Positions 37,815 to 48,216 of a stretch of DNA of 64,000 bases are shown in pieces. Position 1 is the first letter of the stretch. Every line of letters begins with the position of its first letter. Source of the DNA: Ignavibacteriota bacterium (lineage in GTDB: Bacteria; Bacteroidota; Ignavibacteria; Palsa-1295); contig CAWBEI010000002.1 in the NCBI GenBank assembly GCA_963787835.1, positions 960,001-1,024,000 on the forward strand, given 5' to 3'. The notes under the pieces were generated by a model, which saw only the letters and a program-made list of their open reading frames with translations, was not told where the DNA came from and did no database searches. The position numbers and the translations under genes were made by a program.

Positions 37815-37867
37815 GAACCTACCGACATGCGTTCCCCGGTCCGGGAATCATCATAAATTGTTAGGGT

Positions 37868-38956
37868 ATGAAAAAAATTGCTGTTGGTTTCTTGACGATC
37901 TTGCTGTGCACTGCCACATCTCTGCATGCGCAATTGAACAATGGAACGGACGTGCGCAGCACGTCCTTACGGACGGAACAACCGACAGGCGTACCACAAA
38001 ATGTCAGTTTGGATGCAAGGGGGACGGACGTGCGCAGCACGTCCCTACGGATGGAACAACCGACAGGCGTACCACAAAATGTCAGTTTGGATGTAAGGGG
38101 GACTATTCCTTTATCTACCCAAAACGATACTTCCTCTTGTGCTTCAACTTTATACCTTGGTGAAGAGTACGAAACAGACGGCAATTTCCAGGCTGAAGAG
38201 GATACACTAAAATATTTCATTGAACAGTGTTTTGCACAACCCTTTTCTTACCAAGCGTTTGGGTATATTGATAATGCCGTCGAACAAATTTATCCCGATA
38301 ACATTACCGACAATCAAAGGTTCTTTGATCTAAGGAATTGGCTCTTTAGCGTGCTGTATCTCAATACAGACACTAATTATTATTGCGGAGATGCTGATGC
38401 ATTATTAACCACCTTCGCATATCGTTTAGGATCACGCGGTGTTGACTTCAAGGGGGAGGAGGCAGTGGAACAATACCTTATCGAGTCCGGTAAATGTCCG
38501 CATCTTGTTTCGCTTTTCCAAACGCAAATAAAAGAATTGCGACAACAGATATATTTGTCTTGGAAGGATACCGTGCAAGATTCTCTTACCACACCATTTG
38601 ATACCACGCTTCCAACTCTGCAGCAAATTGGCTTCCAAGCTTTGTTGGGACCAGAATACGCCGCTGTCCATAATGGAATAATCCCAACAAGTGTTTTAGG
38701 CAAAATTGGTATTGCCCCTAACCCATTTATTGATAACACTGTAGTTGATTACACACTAAACGTTCCAGCTACTCTTACCGTTGAAGTTTTTAACGCGCTT
38801 GGAGAAAGAGTCGCTGCACCCGTTCCCTCAGTTTTTACCAACAACGGGGATTATTCGCTGACTGTATCCGGCAGTGCTCTGGCTTCGGGAACGTATTATG
38901 TTCGATTTGCAGTGCCAGAAGGAGAAGTACGAACCATCATGATCACGAAGCAATGA
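37868..38956 (+). CDS. secreted protein with T9SS C-terminal domain and N-terminal 26-aa tandem repeat
   Basis: Signal peptide; IAPNPF...VFNALGE...LASGTYYVRF. Confidence 0.82.
   Translation: MKKIAVGFLTILLCTATSLHAQLNNGTDVRSTSLRTEQPTGVPQNVSLDARGTDVRSTSLRMEQPTGVPQNVSLDVRGTIPLSTQNDTSSCASTLYLGEEYETDGNFQAEEDTLKYFIEQCFAQPFSYQAFGYIDNAVEQIYPDNITDNQRFFDLRNWLFSVLYLNTDTNYYCGDADALLTTFAYRLGSRGVDFKGEEAVEQYLIESGKCPHLVSLFQTQIKELRQQIYLSWKDTVQDSLTTPFDTTLPTLQQIGFQALLGPEYAAVHNGIIPTSVLGKIGIAPNPFIDNTVVDYTLNVPATLTVEVFNALGERVAAPVPSVFTNNGDYSLTVSGSALASGTYYVRFAVPEGEVRTIMITKQ
37943..38098 (+). repeat. 2 x 78-bp in-frame tandem repeat, each unit containing a REP hairpin
   Basis: GTDVRSTSLR(T/M)EQPTGVPQNVSLD(A/V)R twice; GGACGTGC-GCA-GCACGTCC-(C/T)TAC. 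Confidence 0.9.
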
Positions 38957-39927
38957 AAATTCGACATCTTAGTTTAGTATATTCTGCAGTGTTGGTGTTA
39001 GAAGCTCTCTTGCTTCTTACACCATCGGGCAAAGCATTGGCACAATCAGAAGCGGAGCGCAGACTGGCGCTCCGCTTCGTGCCACACTATTCTTCCCCTT
39101 TGAAAACAGACAGCATTTCGGTGTGTCAATACCAATTGAATGAGGGATCTGCCTATCAGGATAGCTCGGATTTTATGCCTCAAAATATGGTATGGCCTCT
39201 GCGATGCTATGATACACTTCAGAACATGGTGGAACAGTGCACCAGCTTCCCCGACGCATATTATGCTTTTAGTTACATGATCAATGCTGCCGACGCTCTG
39301 GATCGCATTACCATGGATACAAGCTGGACATATAATTACCGCTTATGGCTGGAGTCTGTACTTTATACTAATACAGCAGACTCTGAGTATTTTTGTGCGG
39401 ATGTAAGAACGATCGTAGCAACCTTTTATGACATAAATCAGAATGTGGCGATCTTGCGGTGGTTAGAACAAAATACGGATTGCGATTCAGAAGGAGTGCG
39501 TCAAGAAGACTCAACTTTACGCGCCGTCCAACTTGCAAATTGGAAGGAAGGCGATACCACAATTCCTCTCGATACTACACTACCGTCCATGCATGACCTT
39601 GGTCTTGATACTGCTTTAGATAAGCACCTTCTCTCAATGGTAAGTGGTGCACAGCAGTATAGTATTCTTTCAAACGCGACCGCTAATCCCAACCCTATAT
39701 CTTCGGGAACCGTAATTTCTTTCAGCATCAGCAAAGAGGCTTATGTAAAGATCGAGCTTTTCGATGTGCTGGGTAAGCAGGCATCCTCTTATGGGTATGA
39801 AAGCCTGTTCGAACCGGGGAATAAATCGGTTTCCTTCTCACTTGCCGGGCTTCCTTCGGGCACTTACTACGCCCGCATCATCACAGCGTACGGCGAAGTG
39901 CAAACCGTAAAATTGGTGAAGGAATAA
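38953..39927 (+). CDS. secreted protein with T9SS C-terminal domain, paralog of the upstream gene
   Basis: Shared WLxSVLYxN...Y(Y/F)CxD and PxDTTLP motifs; ANPNP...LFDVLG...LPSGTYYARI. Confidence 0.82.
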   Translation: MKIRHLSLVYSAVLVLEALLLLTPSGKALAQSEAERRLALRFVPHYSSPLKTDSISVCQYQLNEGSAYQDSSDFMPQNMVWPLRCYDTLQNMVEQCTSFPDAYYAFSYMINAADALDRITMDTSWTYNYRLWLESVLYTNTADSEYFCADVRTIVATFYDINQNVAILRWLEQNTDCDSEGVRQEDSTLRAVQLANWKEGDTTIPLDTTLPSMHDLGLDTALDKHLLSMVSGAQQYSILSNATANPNPISSGTVISFSISKEAYVKIELFDVLGKQASSYGYESLFEPGNKSVSFSLAGLPSGTYYARIITAYGEVQTVKLVKE

Positions 39928-39952
39928 ACTCACAACTGGTTATGCAGGCAAT

Positions 39953-39984
39953 ACACCTCTCCCACAAAAGGGAGAGGTGTTTTT
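39953..39984 (+). terminator. rho-independent terminator
   Basis: ACACCTCTCCC-ACAAAA-GGGAGAGGTGT followed by TTTT. Confidence 0.75.
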
Positions 39985-40068
39985 GTATCCGCGTGGGTGA
40001 AGCGCTGCGGCTCCATCCACGCCAGAATTGTGTTTGCTGAAACGCCCATAAGGGGGTTGTAATCCTGC

Positions 40069-42231
40069 ATGATAAAAGCAATTTTGTTCGCACTCGTCCT
40101 TATTGCCGCATTCGCCGGCATTATAATCAATAGCAAACGGCTGACCGATTTCCTCCGGCTCGGCAAATGGACGAACCGGTTCGACCACCCCAATCAGCGC
40201 ATCAAGCGTGTCTTCGGCATTGCGATCGGGCAATCCAAGATCTTCCGCGATCCTGTAGCGGGTCCCATCCATGCGTTCATCTTCTGGGGATTTCTGGTCT
40301 TGATCTTCGCGGTGATCGAGTCCATCGGTGAGGGATTATCGGGCGGGCATTTCTCACTTTCATTTTTGGGGCCTGTCTATGCCGTTATCACTGCTTCGCA
40401 GGATGCATTTATTGTACTTGTCGTCCTTTCCGTCATTGGAGCCTTATGGCGCCGCTTCATCACTCATGTTAAACGATTAGAAGGCGATGCGCACGAAAAA
40501 TTGGATGCAACGCTCATTCTGGTTCTCATTCTCATCATTGTGTGCTCGCTCACGATAGATAACGCCGCGCGCATTGCGATGCATGGCGGATACCCGCATG
40601 AAGCTCACTGGCTTGCTGCACTCATCGCACCGATGTTTGTGGGAACTGCATTTGCTTCCATTATTTACGAGACTTCGTGGTGGATCCATATTGTAACTGT
40701 GCTCGGCTTTATGAATTATCTGCCGTATTCGAAGCATCTGCATGTTATTACGTCACTACCGAATGTGTATTTCTCCGATCTAAAACGGAAGAACTATCTC
40801 AAGCCGATAAACTTCGAAGATGAGACCATTACCAAATACGGCGCAAGTGACATCGAAGACCTCACATGGAAACAGCTCCTCGATGGCGATACCTGCACCC
40901 ATTGCGGACGCTGCACTGCCGTCTGCCCAGCGAATATCACAGGAAAAATTCTCGACCCACGAAAAATTATCATTGCCACACATGCCCGGATGCTCGATAA
41001 AGCTCCCTATCTCACAGCGCAAGGTGCGTATGGATTTAGCTCGTGGTCCGGAGAGATCGTTAAGGCACAGGTTGCATCGAATGGAAATCCGAGTGGCGAT
41101 GAAGTGGTCACTCCGCAAGATCATTCATTAGATCATCCGCAGGGAATGCTTCTCTTTCAGAAGCCGAAAATGAAGCGGGAGGAAGTAGAGTCGAAGAAAT
41201 TCGTTGGCGATTACATTCCCGAAGAAATGCTCTGGCAGTGCACCACCTGCCAGGCCTGCATGACCGAATGCCCCGTCACGATCGAGCATGTCGATGAGAT
41301 CATCGACTTACGCCGTAATCTGGTGATGATGGAATCGAGCTTTCCGAGCGAGCTTCAGCCCGCGTTCGGCAACATGGAGAATAATTTCTCGCCCTGGGCA
41401 TTTTCGCCAAGCGAGCGCGGCGATTGGGCAGAAGGGATGGGGATTAAAACAATGGCAGAGAGCGCCCTCCCCCAACCCCTCCCGCAAGCGGGAGGGGAGC
41501 AAGCCTCCCCGATTCTGTTCTGGGTAGGATGCGCGGGTTCCTACGACCAACGGGCTAAAAATATTACAAAAGCGTTTGCGGAGCTAATGCAACTTGCGGA
41601 AATAGATTTTCGCATTCTCGGCAATGAAGAAAAATGCACCGGCGACCCCGCGCGAAGAATGGGCAATGAATATCTCGCGCAAATGCTCATTAAGGAAAAT
41701 GTCGAGACGCTGAACCGGTATAAGATAACGAAAGTCGTTACGACGTGCCCACATTGCTTCAATGCTATCAAAAATGAGTGGAAGGATTTTGATGGACATT
41801 ACGAAGTGCAGCACCATACCGAGTTCATCAAGGAGCTGTTAGATACCGGACGCATCAAACCGACAAAGGAATTGCTCGAACGCGCGACCTATCACGACTC
41901 CTGCTATCTCGGCCGCTCGAATGACATATACGACGCGCCGCGCAACGCGCTCGAAAGCATTCCCGGACTCGACATCGTAGAAATGGATCGTTCCCACTCC
42001 AAAGGAATGTGCTGCGGCGCCGGCGGCGGACAAATGTGGATGGAAGAAAAAGCCGGTAAGCGCATTAATATCGAGCGCACGGAGCAGGCGTTATCCACCG
42101 GCGCAAAGGTTGTTGCCAGCGCCTGCCCCTTCTGCATGACGATGCTCACCGATGGCGTAAAAGCAAAAGGAGAAACTGATAATGTTAGGGTGCGCGATAT
42201 TGCGGAGATCGTTCTGGAGGCAGTGAAATAA
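40069..42231 (+). CDS. membrane-bound Fe-S oxidoreductase (FadF/HdrD-like: NarI-type TM, 2x[4Fe-4S], CCG domains)
   Basis: CTHCGRCTAVCP, CTTCQACMTECP, TCPHC, YHDSCYLGR, CCGAGGG, ACPFC. Confidence 0.92.
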   Translation: MIKAILFALVLIAAFAGIIINSKRLTDFLRLGKWTNRFDHPNQRIKRVFGIAIGQSKIFRDPVAGPIHAFIFWGFLVLIFAVIESIGEGLSGGHFSLSFLGPVYAVITASQDAFIVLVVLSVIGALWRRFITHVKRLEGDAHEKLDATLILVLILIIVCSLTIDNAARIAMHGGYPHEAHWLAALIAPMFVGTAFASIIYETSWWIHIVTVLGFMNYLPYSKHLHVITSLPNVYFSDLKRKNYLKPINFEDETITKYGASDIEDLTWKQLLDGDTCTHCGRCTAVCPANITGKILDPRKIIIATHARMLDKAPYLTAQGAYGFSSWSGEIVKAQVASNGNPSGDEVVTPQDHSLDHPQGMLLFQKPKMKREEVESKKFVGDYIPEEMLWQCTTCQACMTECPVTIEHVDEIIDLRRNLVMMESSFPSELQPAFGNMENNFSPWAFSPSERGDWAEGMGIKTMAESALPQPLPQAGGEQASPILFWVGCAGSYDQRAKNITKAFAELMQLAEIDFRILGNEEKCTGDPARRMGNEYLAQMLIKENVETLNRYKITKVVTTCPHCFNAIKNEWKDFDGHYEVQHHTEFIKELLDTGRIKPTKELLERATYHDSCYLGRSNDIYDAPRNALESIPGLDIVEMDRSHSKGMCCGAGGGQMWMEEKAGKRINIERTEQALSTGAKVVASACPFCMTMLTDGVKAKGETDNVRVRDIAEIVLEAVK

Positions 42232-44382
42232 TTACCGTCCCGGATTGATGATCGTATATCCGATCTTTATCTCATCCGTAGTGGTGTAGTTCGAGGTGCT
42301 TGTGGTGGTTGGGATCATCCCGACGCGAATATCGAATGTGCCGGAGGTGCGGTTATCGACATCGACAAAATATTCCGCCAACCGAGGATCGGGCGTAGAG
42401 CCATCGCTGATCTTATCTACCACATTCACAAGAACGATGCTGGTGGTCGATGCAAATTGATTGTTGATCGTGAGCGTACCTAAATTCTGGAACACACCGG
42501 CCGTTGGCGCAACGGTTGAAAGATTCCCGCCGCCCAAGGTCAACTCGATGACACCGCTCGGGCCTTGCTGGGAATATGCGGTTCCACTGGCTGCGGGTTC
42601 AACGGTCGTTCCAACACTTGGCGTTTCGGTCGTGCGGCCCATTGTGAACTCGCCATCGTTCAATTGCAGTGCAACGTTCGTTTGGCCGGCCATAGTATTG
42701 CCATTCCCGGTTGCGAGCACACCGATGGTTCCCGTGTTACTGGAGGAAGTACTTGTCGCCGCGCCCCATACGCCGATGGCCTGGTTTGACGTTGCTCCGG
42801 TTGCGTTGCCAAACAGGGCTGCCGTCTCGTCAGTTGTACCGGTATAGAGTGAATGTAACTGGTTGGAGGAAGACGTCACGCCGATACACACATTACCGGT
42901 GGAAAGCACGCGCATTCGCTCCGTAGCATTGGTACGAATGACGAGCGGGTTCGCATCGCTGGTGCCAAGATAATTCGATGCAGGAAGCGTGCCCGTATTA
43001 CCCAGGACATTCCAATACAAGTTGGATGGCTGAGTCCAGATCGGTGGCGTGCTCGATCCCGCCGATGCAAGAACGTAGCCCGATGTGCCCGGCAAATTAT
43101 TTGGCATCAAGGCACCGGAAAATTTCAGATTTCCTGTGATATCCACTACCTCGGTCGGGCTTACGTTGCCTACGCCCATTTTCAAAGTTGTACCAGAATT
43201 ATAGAAAACCACACTGCTATCCTGCGTAACATTCGCGCCCACTCCAAACACCAAATCAAAGTTACCGGAACCGTGGTTGTTGTTGCCGCCAAGCACGACA
43301 GAATAATTTCCACACGCCGTGTTGGCGTACCCACCGGCAACGACCGAGTATAAGCCACATGCACTGTTATTTTCTCCGCCACCCACATAGGAGTAATTCG
43401 CCGGAGCAGAATTTTCATATCCGCCACTGACCGCAGAATAATTACCGCTTGCTGTATCGTACTCGCCACCGGAAACAGTGGAGGCTGTGCCGGTCGAGAG
43501 GTTGGAGGCACCCCAGGCGATCGAGTACTGGCCGGACGCCGTGTTGTGATATCCGGCAGAAAGAGAGTACGCGCCGGAAGCAATGTTCCCCTGGCCGACG
43601 CCCACCAGAGAGAATGCGCCACTGCCACGTTCCCATAGTGTATCGTTACCGCCGCCGCCGGAGGTTCCAAAGCCACGCCAGGAAAGATTGCCAAACCCAT
43701 CGGTACATAATACATAATTGGTGCCCGTACCATCGGCGAGCGGCCAGATATAGCTAACCGAAGAAGTTTGCACGCCGGTTTTGAACCCGCTATAATTGGA
43801 ACCTGAACTCGATGGCTCGAAGAATCGAAGCTCTTCGGCGGTATTGTTGGTATTCGTTAACGCCACATTCCCGGCAGCATACACGCGAACGTGTTCGAGA
43901 TTATCGGTGCGGATCACCCAATCCTCCGAATCGGTCGTGCCAATAAAATTATTGGAGGGGTTCGTGCCGGAATTTCCTGTGAGCAGCCAGCCGCCGCCTA
44001 AGAACGGTACCCATGAACTGGAATTGTAATACCAGAACGTCGCCGTAGTACCGGAATAGATCCCAGAGAGCGATGTTGCGGTGTTGGTTTCATAGACGAG
44101 TAGCCCGTTTGCAGGAGAAGAAATTCCCAGCCTCTGTGATTCGGTCATGCGTGGCACCAGCAACCCACGGGACGTGCTTGTGAGATCGAGCAAGGCACTT
44201 GCGTCCGGAGTCGTCGTGCCGATACCAACATTTCCCTGGGCATTGGCCTTAGGAGCGAAGTAACAGAAAAGAAGCAAGAAAGCGATGCACGACCACAGGC
44301 AAACGGCAAATTTTCCAATAGAGTACCGCTCGGTCTTCACGAAGGAGAGATCGTCGGCAAGGCGTAAATAATAATGTGCCAT
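42232..44382 (-). CDS. secreted Gly/Thr/Ser-rich fibre-like protein (VGIGTTTP motifs, YadA-head-like beta-roll repeats)
   Basis: Signal peptide (GTG 44340 is an alternative start); NVGIGTTTPDASALLDL, GLLVPRMT, 14-aa repeats ASGxYSxVSGGxxN; ends IINPGR. Confidence 0.75.
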   Translation of the reverse strand: MAHYYLRLADDLSFVKTERYSIGKFAVCLWSCIAFLLLFCYFAPKANAQGNVGIGTTTPDASALLDLTSTSRGLLVPRMTESQRLGISSPANGLLVYETNTATSLSGIYSGTTATFWYYNSSSWVPFLGGGWLLTGNSGTNPSNNFIGTTDSEDWVIRTDNLEHVRVYAAGNVALTNTNNTAEELRFFEPSSSGSNYSGFKTGVQTSSVSYIWPLADGTGTNYVLCTDGFGNLSWRGFGTSGGGGNDTLWERGSGAFSLVGVGQGNIASGAYSLSAGYHNTASGQYSIAWGASNLSTGTASTVSGGEYDTASGNYSAVSGGYENSAPANYSYVGGGENNSACGLYSVVAGGYANTACGNYSVVLGGNNNHGSGNFDLVFGVGANVTQDSSVVFYNSGTTLKMGVGNVSPTEVVDITGNLKFSGALMPNNLPGTSGYVLASAGSSTPPIWTQPSNLYWNVLGNTGTLPASNYLGTSDANPLVIRTNATERMRVLSTGNVCIGVTSSSNQLHSLYTGTTDETAALFGNATGATSNQAIGVWGAATSTSSSNTGTIGVLATGNGNTMAGQTNVALQLNDGEFTMGRTTETPSVGTTVEPAASGTAYSQQGPSGVIELTLGGGNLSTVAPTAGVFQNLGTLTINNQFASTTSIVLVNVVDKISDGSTPDPRLAEYFVDVDNRTSGTFDIRVGMIPTTTSTSNYTTTDEIKIGYTIINPGR

Positions 44383-44387
44383 TGATG

Positions 44388-46436
44388 CTATCTTCCTGGG
44401 TTAATGACGCAATAGCCAACGCGAATATAGTCCGAACTGACATACGCATTGGTATCGGTTACAAAGGGGATCATTCCAATATGGAGCACGCACGAGCCTG
44501 TTGTACTGCTTTCAACATCTACTTTATACATGGAATTTTTAGTGTAAGGGTCACTCGAGCTATTCACCTTGGAAACCACATCCGCAACAATGATGCTATT
44601 GGCAGTGATGAATTGGTTGTTGATCGTGAGCGTCCCCAGATCCTGAAAAACTCCCGCCGTAGGCACCGTCGCACCCAGATCGCTTAAGAGCGAAAGCTGG
44701 ATCACTCCCGATGGACCCTGCTGAGAATAAAGCGTCCCACTGGCCGCACCTTCCACGACTGTTCCTTTGGAGGGTGCTTGGGTCGTGCGGCCCATCGCCA
44801 ATTCGCCTTGCGAGATCTGAACGGCGGCGTTCGTCGTCCCGGCGGTGGTATTTCCATTCCCGGTTCCTAAGGAAGAGATCGTTCCAGTATTGCTGCTGCC
44901 CGTGTTTGCGATGCCCCACACACCCACCGCTTGATTAGCAGTAGCTCCGGAAGCTTCGCCATATCCGGCAGCGGTCTCGTCCGTGGTGCTCGAAAAGATC
45001 GAGGCCACCTTGTGTGCCGGTGTCGTCGTCCCGATGCCGACCGAACCTCCGGAGGTGACACGCATGCGCTCGGTGGCATTGGTTCGAATGACGAAATCCT
45101 GCGCATCGGCTGTACCGACGTAATTTGTGGCTGGAGCGGTGCCGCTGGTTCCCGCCAACTTCCAGTTGGTACTGCTAAAGGTCGCACCACCCCAGGTGGG
45201 CGGCGAAGTAGCTCCGGCAGAAAGCAAATACTGGCCGCTGGAACCACCGGTGTTATTAGGCTTGAGCGCACCGGAAAATTTTACGTTTCCTTTTACATCC
45301 ATCGTCTGCGTGGGCGTGGTAGTGCCGATACCCATCAGAGTATGGGTACCGATCTTAAAAACGACGGATCCGGTCAGAGCATCAGTATTGCTTAAACCAT
45401 AGAGCAATTCATAATTACTATTGGCCTTGTTAGTCGAGCCTCCAAGGATGGTCGAGTTCGATCCACTGAAACTGGCGCCTCGGCCACCAAGTACTACTTC
45501 CTCATTGCCCGAAGTAACATTGGATGCTCCACCGCCGACGTAACTCGCGGTTGCCGCACCGGTGTTATCCTGACCCCCACCCGTGGCGTCAAGGTTACCG
45601 GTCGAAGAATTGGCACTGCCTCCATTGACATCACCGTAGGATCCGGAAATGCCCGAGGTGCTATCTCCAAAGACCATTTCATAATTTCCTGTCACGGTTG
45701 AATTATATCCCGCAGTGATAGAATATGGGCCAGAATCCGAACTTCCGGTGCTGTCGGAATATTCGCCGCCCGCTGCCGACCCGCGAACCCAGAGTATTTG
45801 ATTGGGGCTTCCATTGAATGTCGTAAAGGTTTGCCAACTGAGATCCCCTGAACCATCTGTTACAAGCGTCTGGTCTGGAAGGCCATCGCCGCCCAGTGGC
45901 CATATATAATGAACGGTCGTCGATTGAATCCCTGCTCTGAACGCATTATAGAGAGACCCAAGACCCGATGCTTCATAAAGAATAAGCTTTTCCGCAGAAT
46001 TATTGGTGTTCGTCAGTCCAACGCCACCACCATTATAGACACGAAGATGCTCGACGCTCTTGGTTTTCTGGACAAGATCCTCGGCATCGATCGTGCCCAG
46101 AAAATTTGTCGATGGGCTGGTGCCGCTATTGCCTGTAAGTGACCATCCACTACCGATGAGCGGCGTCCAGAACGATCCGTTGTAATAATAGTAGGTAGTG
46201 TAGGTTGTGTTATAGACCAGATCCCCTGTCGCGGGAGTTGAAACGGCAAGCATCTGCGTATTCGTCAGGCGCGGAGGGAGCAACCCGAGGCTTGTCGTCT
46301 CCAGATCGAGCAATGCGGAATTATCCGGAGTAGCCGTGCTAACGCCAACATTCTGTGCCATTGCACGCTGTGCAAGACCAAGCGCGAGGGTAATAACCGC
46401 GCTAAAGATCAAGTGAGTATGTAAGGCTCGTCTCAT
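44388..46436 (-). CDS. secreted fibre-like protein, paralog of the downstream gene
   Basis: Same architecture; shared C-terminal domain MGRTT...YSQQGPSGVI...INPGR. Confidence 0.75.
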   Translation of the reverse strand: MRRALHTHLIFSAVITLALGLAQRAMAQNVGVSTATPDNSALLDLETTSLGLLPPRLTNTQMLAVSTPATGDLVYNTTYTTYYYYNGSFWTPLIGSGWSLTGNSGTSPSTNFLGTIDAEDLVQKTKSVEHLRVYNGGGVGLTNTNNSAEKLILYEASGLGSLYNAFRAGIQSTTVHYIWPLGGDGLPDQTLVTDGSGDLSWQTFTTFNGSPNQILWVRGSAAGGEYSDSTGSSDSGPYSITAGYNSTVTGNYEMVFGDSTSGISGSYGDVNGGSANSSTGNLDATGGGQDNTGAATASYVGGGASNVTSGNEEVVLGGRGASFSGSNSTILGGSTNKANSNYELLYGLSNTDALTGSVVFKIGTHTLMGIGTTTPTQTMDVKGNVKFSGALKPNNTGGSSGQYLLSAGATSPPTWGGATFSSTNWKLAGTSGTAPATNYVGTADAQDFVIRTNATERMRVTSGGSVGIGTTTPAHKVASIFSSTTDETAAGYGEASGATANQAVGVWGIANTGSSNTGTISSLGTGNGNTTAGTTNAAVQISQGELAMGRTTQAPSKGTVVEGAASGTLYSQQGPSGVIQLSLLSDLGATVPTAGVFQDLGTLTINNQFITANSIIVADVVSKVNSSSDPYTKNSMYKVDVESSTTGSCVLHIGMIPFVTDTNAYVSSDYIRVGYCVINPGR

Positions 46437-48079
46437 TTTTGGATCACAAGCCCCCGCATGATTCGCTGTGAACTTGGTTGTGTCCCCGATGTAGTAGTGA
46501 GGATCATCTCGTAATTGCCGGATGGGAGGTTCGAGACATCGAACGTGAGCAGATGATCTCCGGCAGTCCAGTTCCCATCCGCAAGCGATGCCGTAAGACG
46601 GCCTGTAATATCGTAGAGGTCCAGTTGTACATGTGCGTCCGTTGGCAGATCGAACTCCACATGCGCGCTTTGGGCGGCAGGGTTCGGATAGACCGAAACA
46701 GCAAGGCTTGTTGGGATCGCGACCTCGCTAAAATCGAGCGATTGGGTTCCTACATGGGTGCGCGTACCATTATCGTCGATCTGGTAGAGATCGTAGGTGT
46801 AGGTTCCCGTAATAAGATCGCTATCGTCGATGGTTTCGTAGTTCGCGCCCCACGGGCTTTTAGCCCGGAGCGCGGTATCGGTTAAAAAGCTCCCAAGTTC
46901 GATCCACTCCTCCCCTGCCGATCGTTCTCGCTGGAGTTCGAACCCCAGCGATTCGATCTCGCTATAAGTCATCCAATCGAGCACGACATGATTCGCAACC
47001 TGATGAACGGTGAACGGCCCCATCTCGACCGGAAGTGAATTATCCGAGGTGATGGAGGCAATGGTGAAGGGGCGGTTGATCGTCGCGGTCCCATATTTCA
47101 ATGCGGTGACCGTAGCGGATTCTATCCAGCCGGAGTTATAGGTTGCTCCTGCCTGAACGGCGCTGACGCCCGCCGTAACCCATGCCGGCTGCGGACCCGG
47201 AGGATTGGGCGCTAGCGTATCCCATCGGGCAACCACGAGATTGGAGATGGTGGACATATAACTCGCGAGCGCATAATCTCCGGGTATCCAGTATAGCTTA
47301 ATGATCGCATCGGCGCCGCCGCTTACGATATTGCCGAACCAATATTGCCGGCTGCTTACCACCATCAGCGGCGATTGAAGGCTGGTGGTATTGACGTAAG
47401 AATAATCGAAATACTGCGTGAGATAGGTCGTTGCTGTGGAACTTTGCGGGATGATCGAACAGGTGTTCGCGCGTCCCGCCAGCCCAACTGGGAACCAGAA
47501 AAGATTGGTGGAGTTCATATCCTTCTCACAGGGACCCTCCACGTAACTTACGCACGAGGAGACCGGCATCCCCGAATTATTCACCCAATTCCCTTGCACG
47601 TCAAAATGCAACACATCGGTCGCGGTCGTATAGCAAATGCCATTCGTAAAATAGCAATTACTATCGACGATCTCCTGCTGGGTCAGCGTTTTCGAGCCAC
47701 CATTCGTGAATTGAAGATTGTAGAACGTGGTGACGGTCGTCCCGCCGACATTTTGATTGCTGGAGCCATCGAGATTGACCGTTCCCGTCTTTTTGACGAA
47801 CGTTCCGTTATCGGTAAAATTCCCGGCGATGTTATACAGGCCGGAACCCCCGGCGGTCGCGGCAGAAGCATTCGTAAAATCGGAGGTAATGGTTACGGTG
47901 CCGGAATCGTCAATAGAACCAGTCTGATTCTGATACGCTCCGTTCACTTGCACGTAGGAGCTGGGCTTGGTTACGATCGTCGCGCCGTTGTTATACATCA
48001 GTTGCGCGCGCGCGGGAACCGCCATCATAAGGATGGCATACACGCAAAGAAGAAAACGTGTTTGTGGTGGCACGAGCAA
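46433..48079 (-). CDS. secreted beta-helix adhesin-like protein with T9SS C-terminal domain
   Basis: Signal peptide; FPVG; LPVEMGPF; VYPNPA...YDITGR...LPSGNY. Confidence 0.8.
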   Translation of the reverse strand: MLVPPQTRFLLCVYAILMMAVPARAQLMYNNGATIVTKPSSYVQVNGAYQNQTGSIDDSGTVTITSDFTNASAATAGGSGLYNIAGNFTDNGTFVKKTGTVNLDGSSNQNVGGTTVTTFYNLQFTNGGSKTLTQQEIVDSNCYFTNGICYTTATDVLHFDVQGNWVNNSGMPVSSCVSYVEGPCEKDMNSTNLFWFPVGLAGRANTCSIIPQSSTATTYLTQYFDYSYVNTTSLQSPLMVVSSRQYWFGNIVSGGADAIIKLYWIPGDYALASYMSTISNLVVARWDTLAPNPPGPQPAWVTAGVSAVQAGATYNSGWIESATVTALKYGTATINRPFTIASITSDNSLPVEMGPFTVHQVANHVVLDWMTYSEIESLGFELQRERSAGEEWIELGSFLTDTALRAKSPWGANYETIDDSDLITGTYTYDLYQIDDNGTRTHVGTQSLDFSEVAIPTSLAVSVYPNPAAQSAHVEFDLPTDAHVQLDLYDITGRLTASLADGNWTAGDHLLTFDVSNLPSGNYEMILTTTSGTQPSSQRIMRGLVIQK

Positions 48080-48216
48080 ACTATTCCGGCTAAACTATGT
48101 GGACTAAATGCGTACTTGCAGACACCGGATCTATTGCAGCGAACCGGGGGCAACCCTCCGCTGGCAAAAACCGGCAATCTAAGCCAACCTGCGAACCTCT
48201 CAGAAGGGCGGAAAGT

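Noticed and set aside
42232-46436. Prophage tail-fibre module
   Set aside because: Both proteins have Sec signal peptides, and no phage structural, integrase or lysis genes are nearby.
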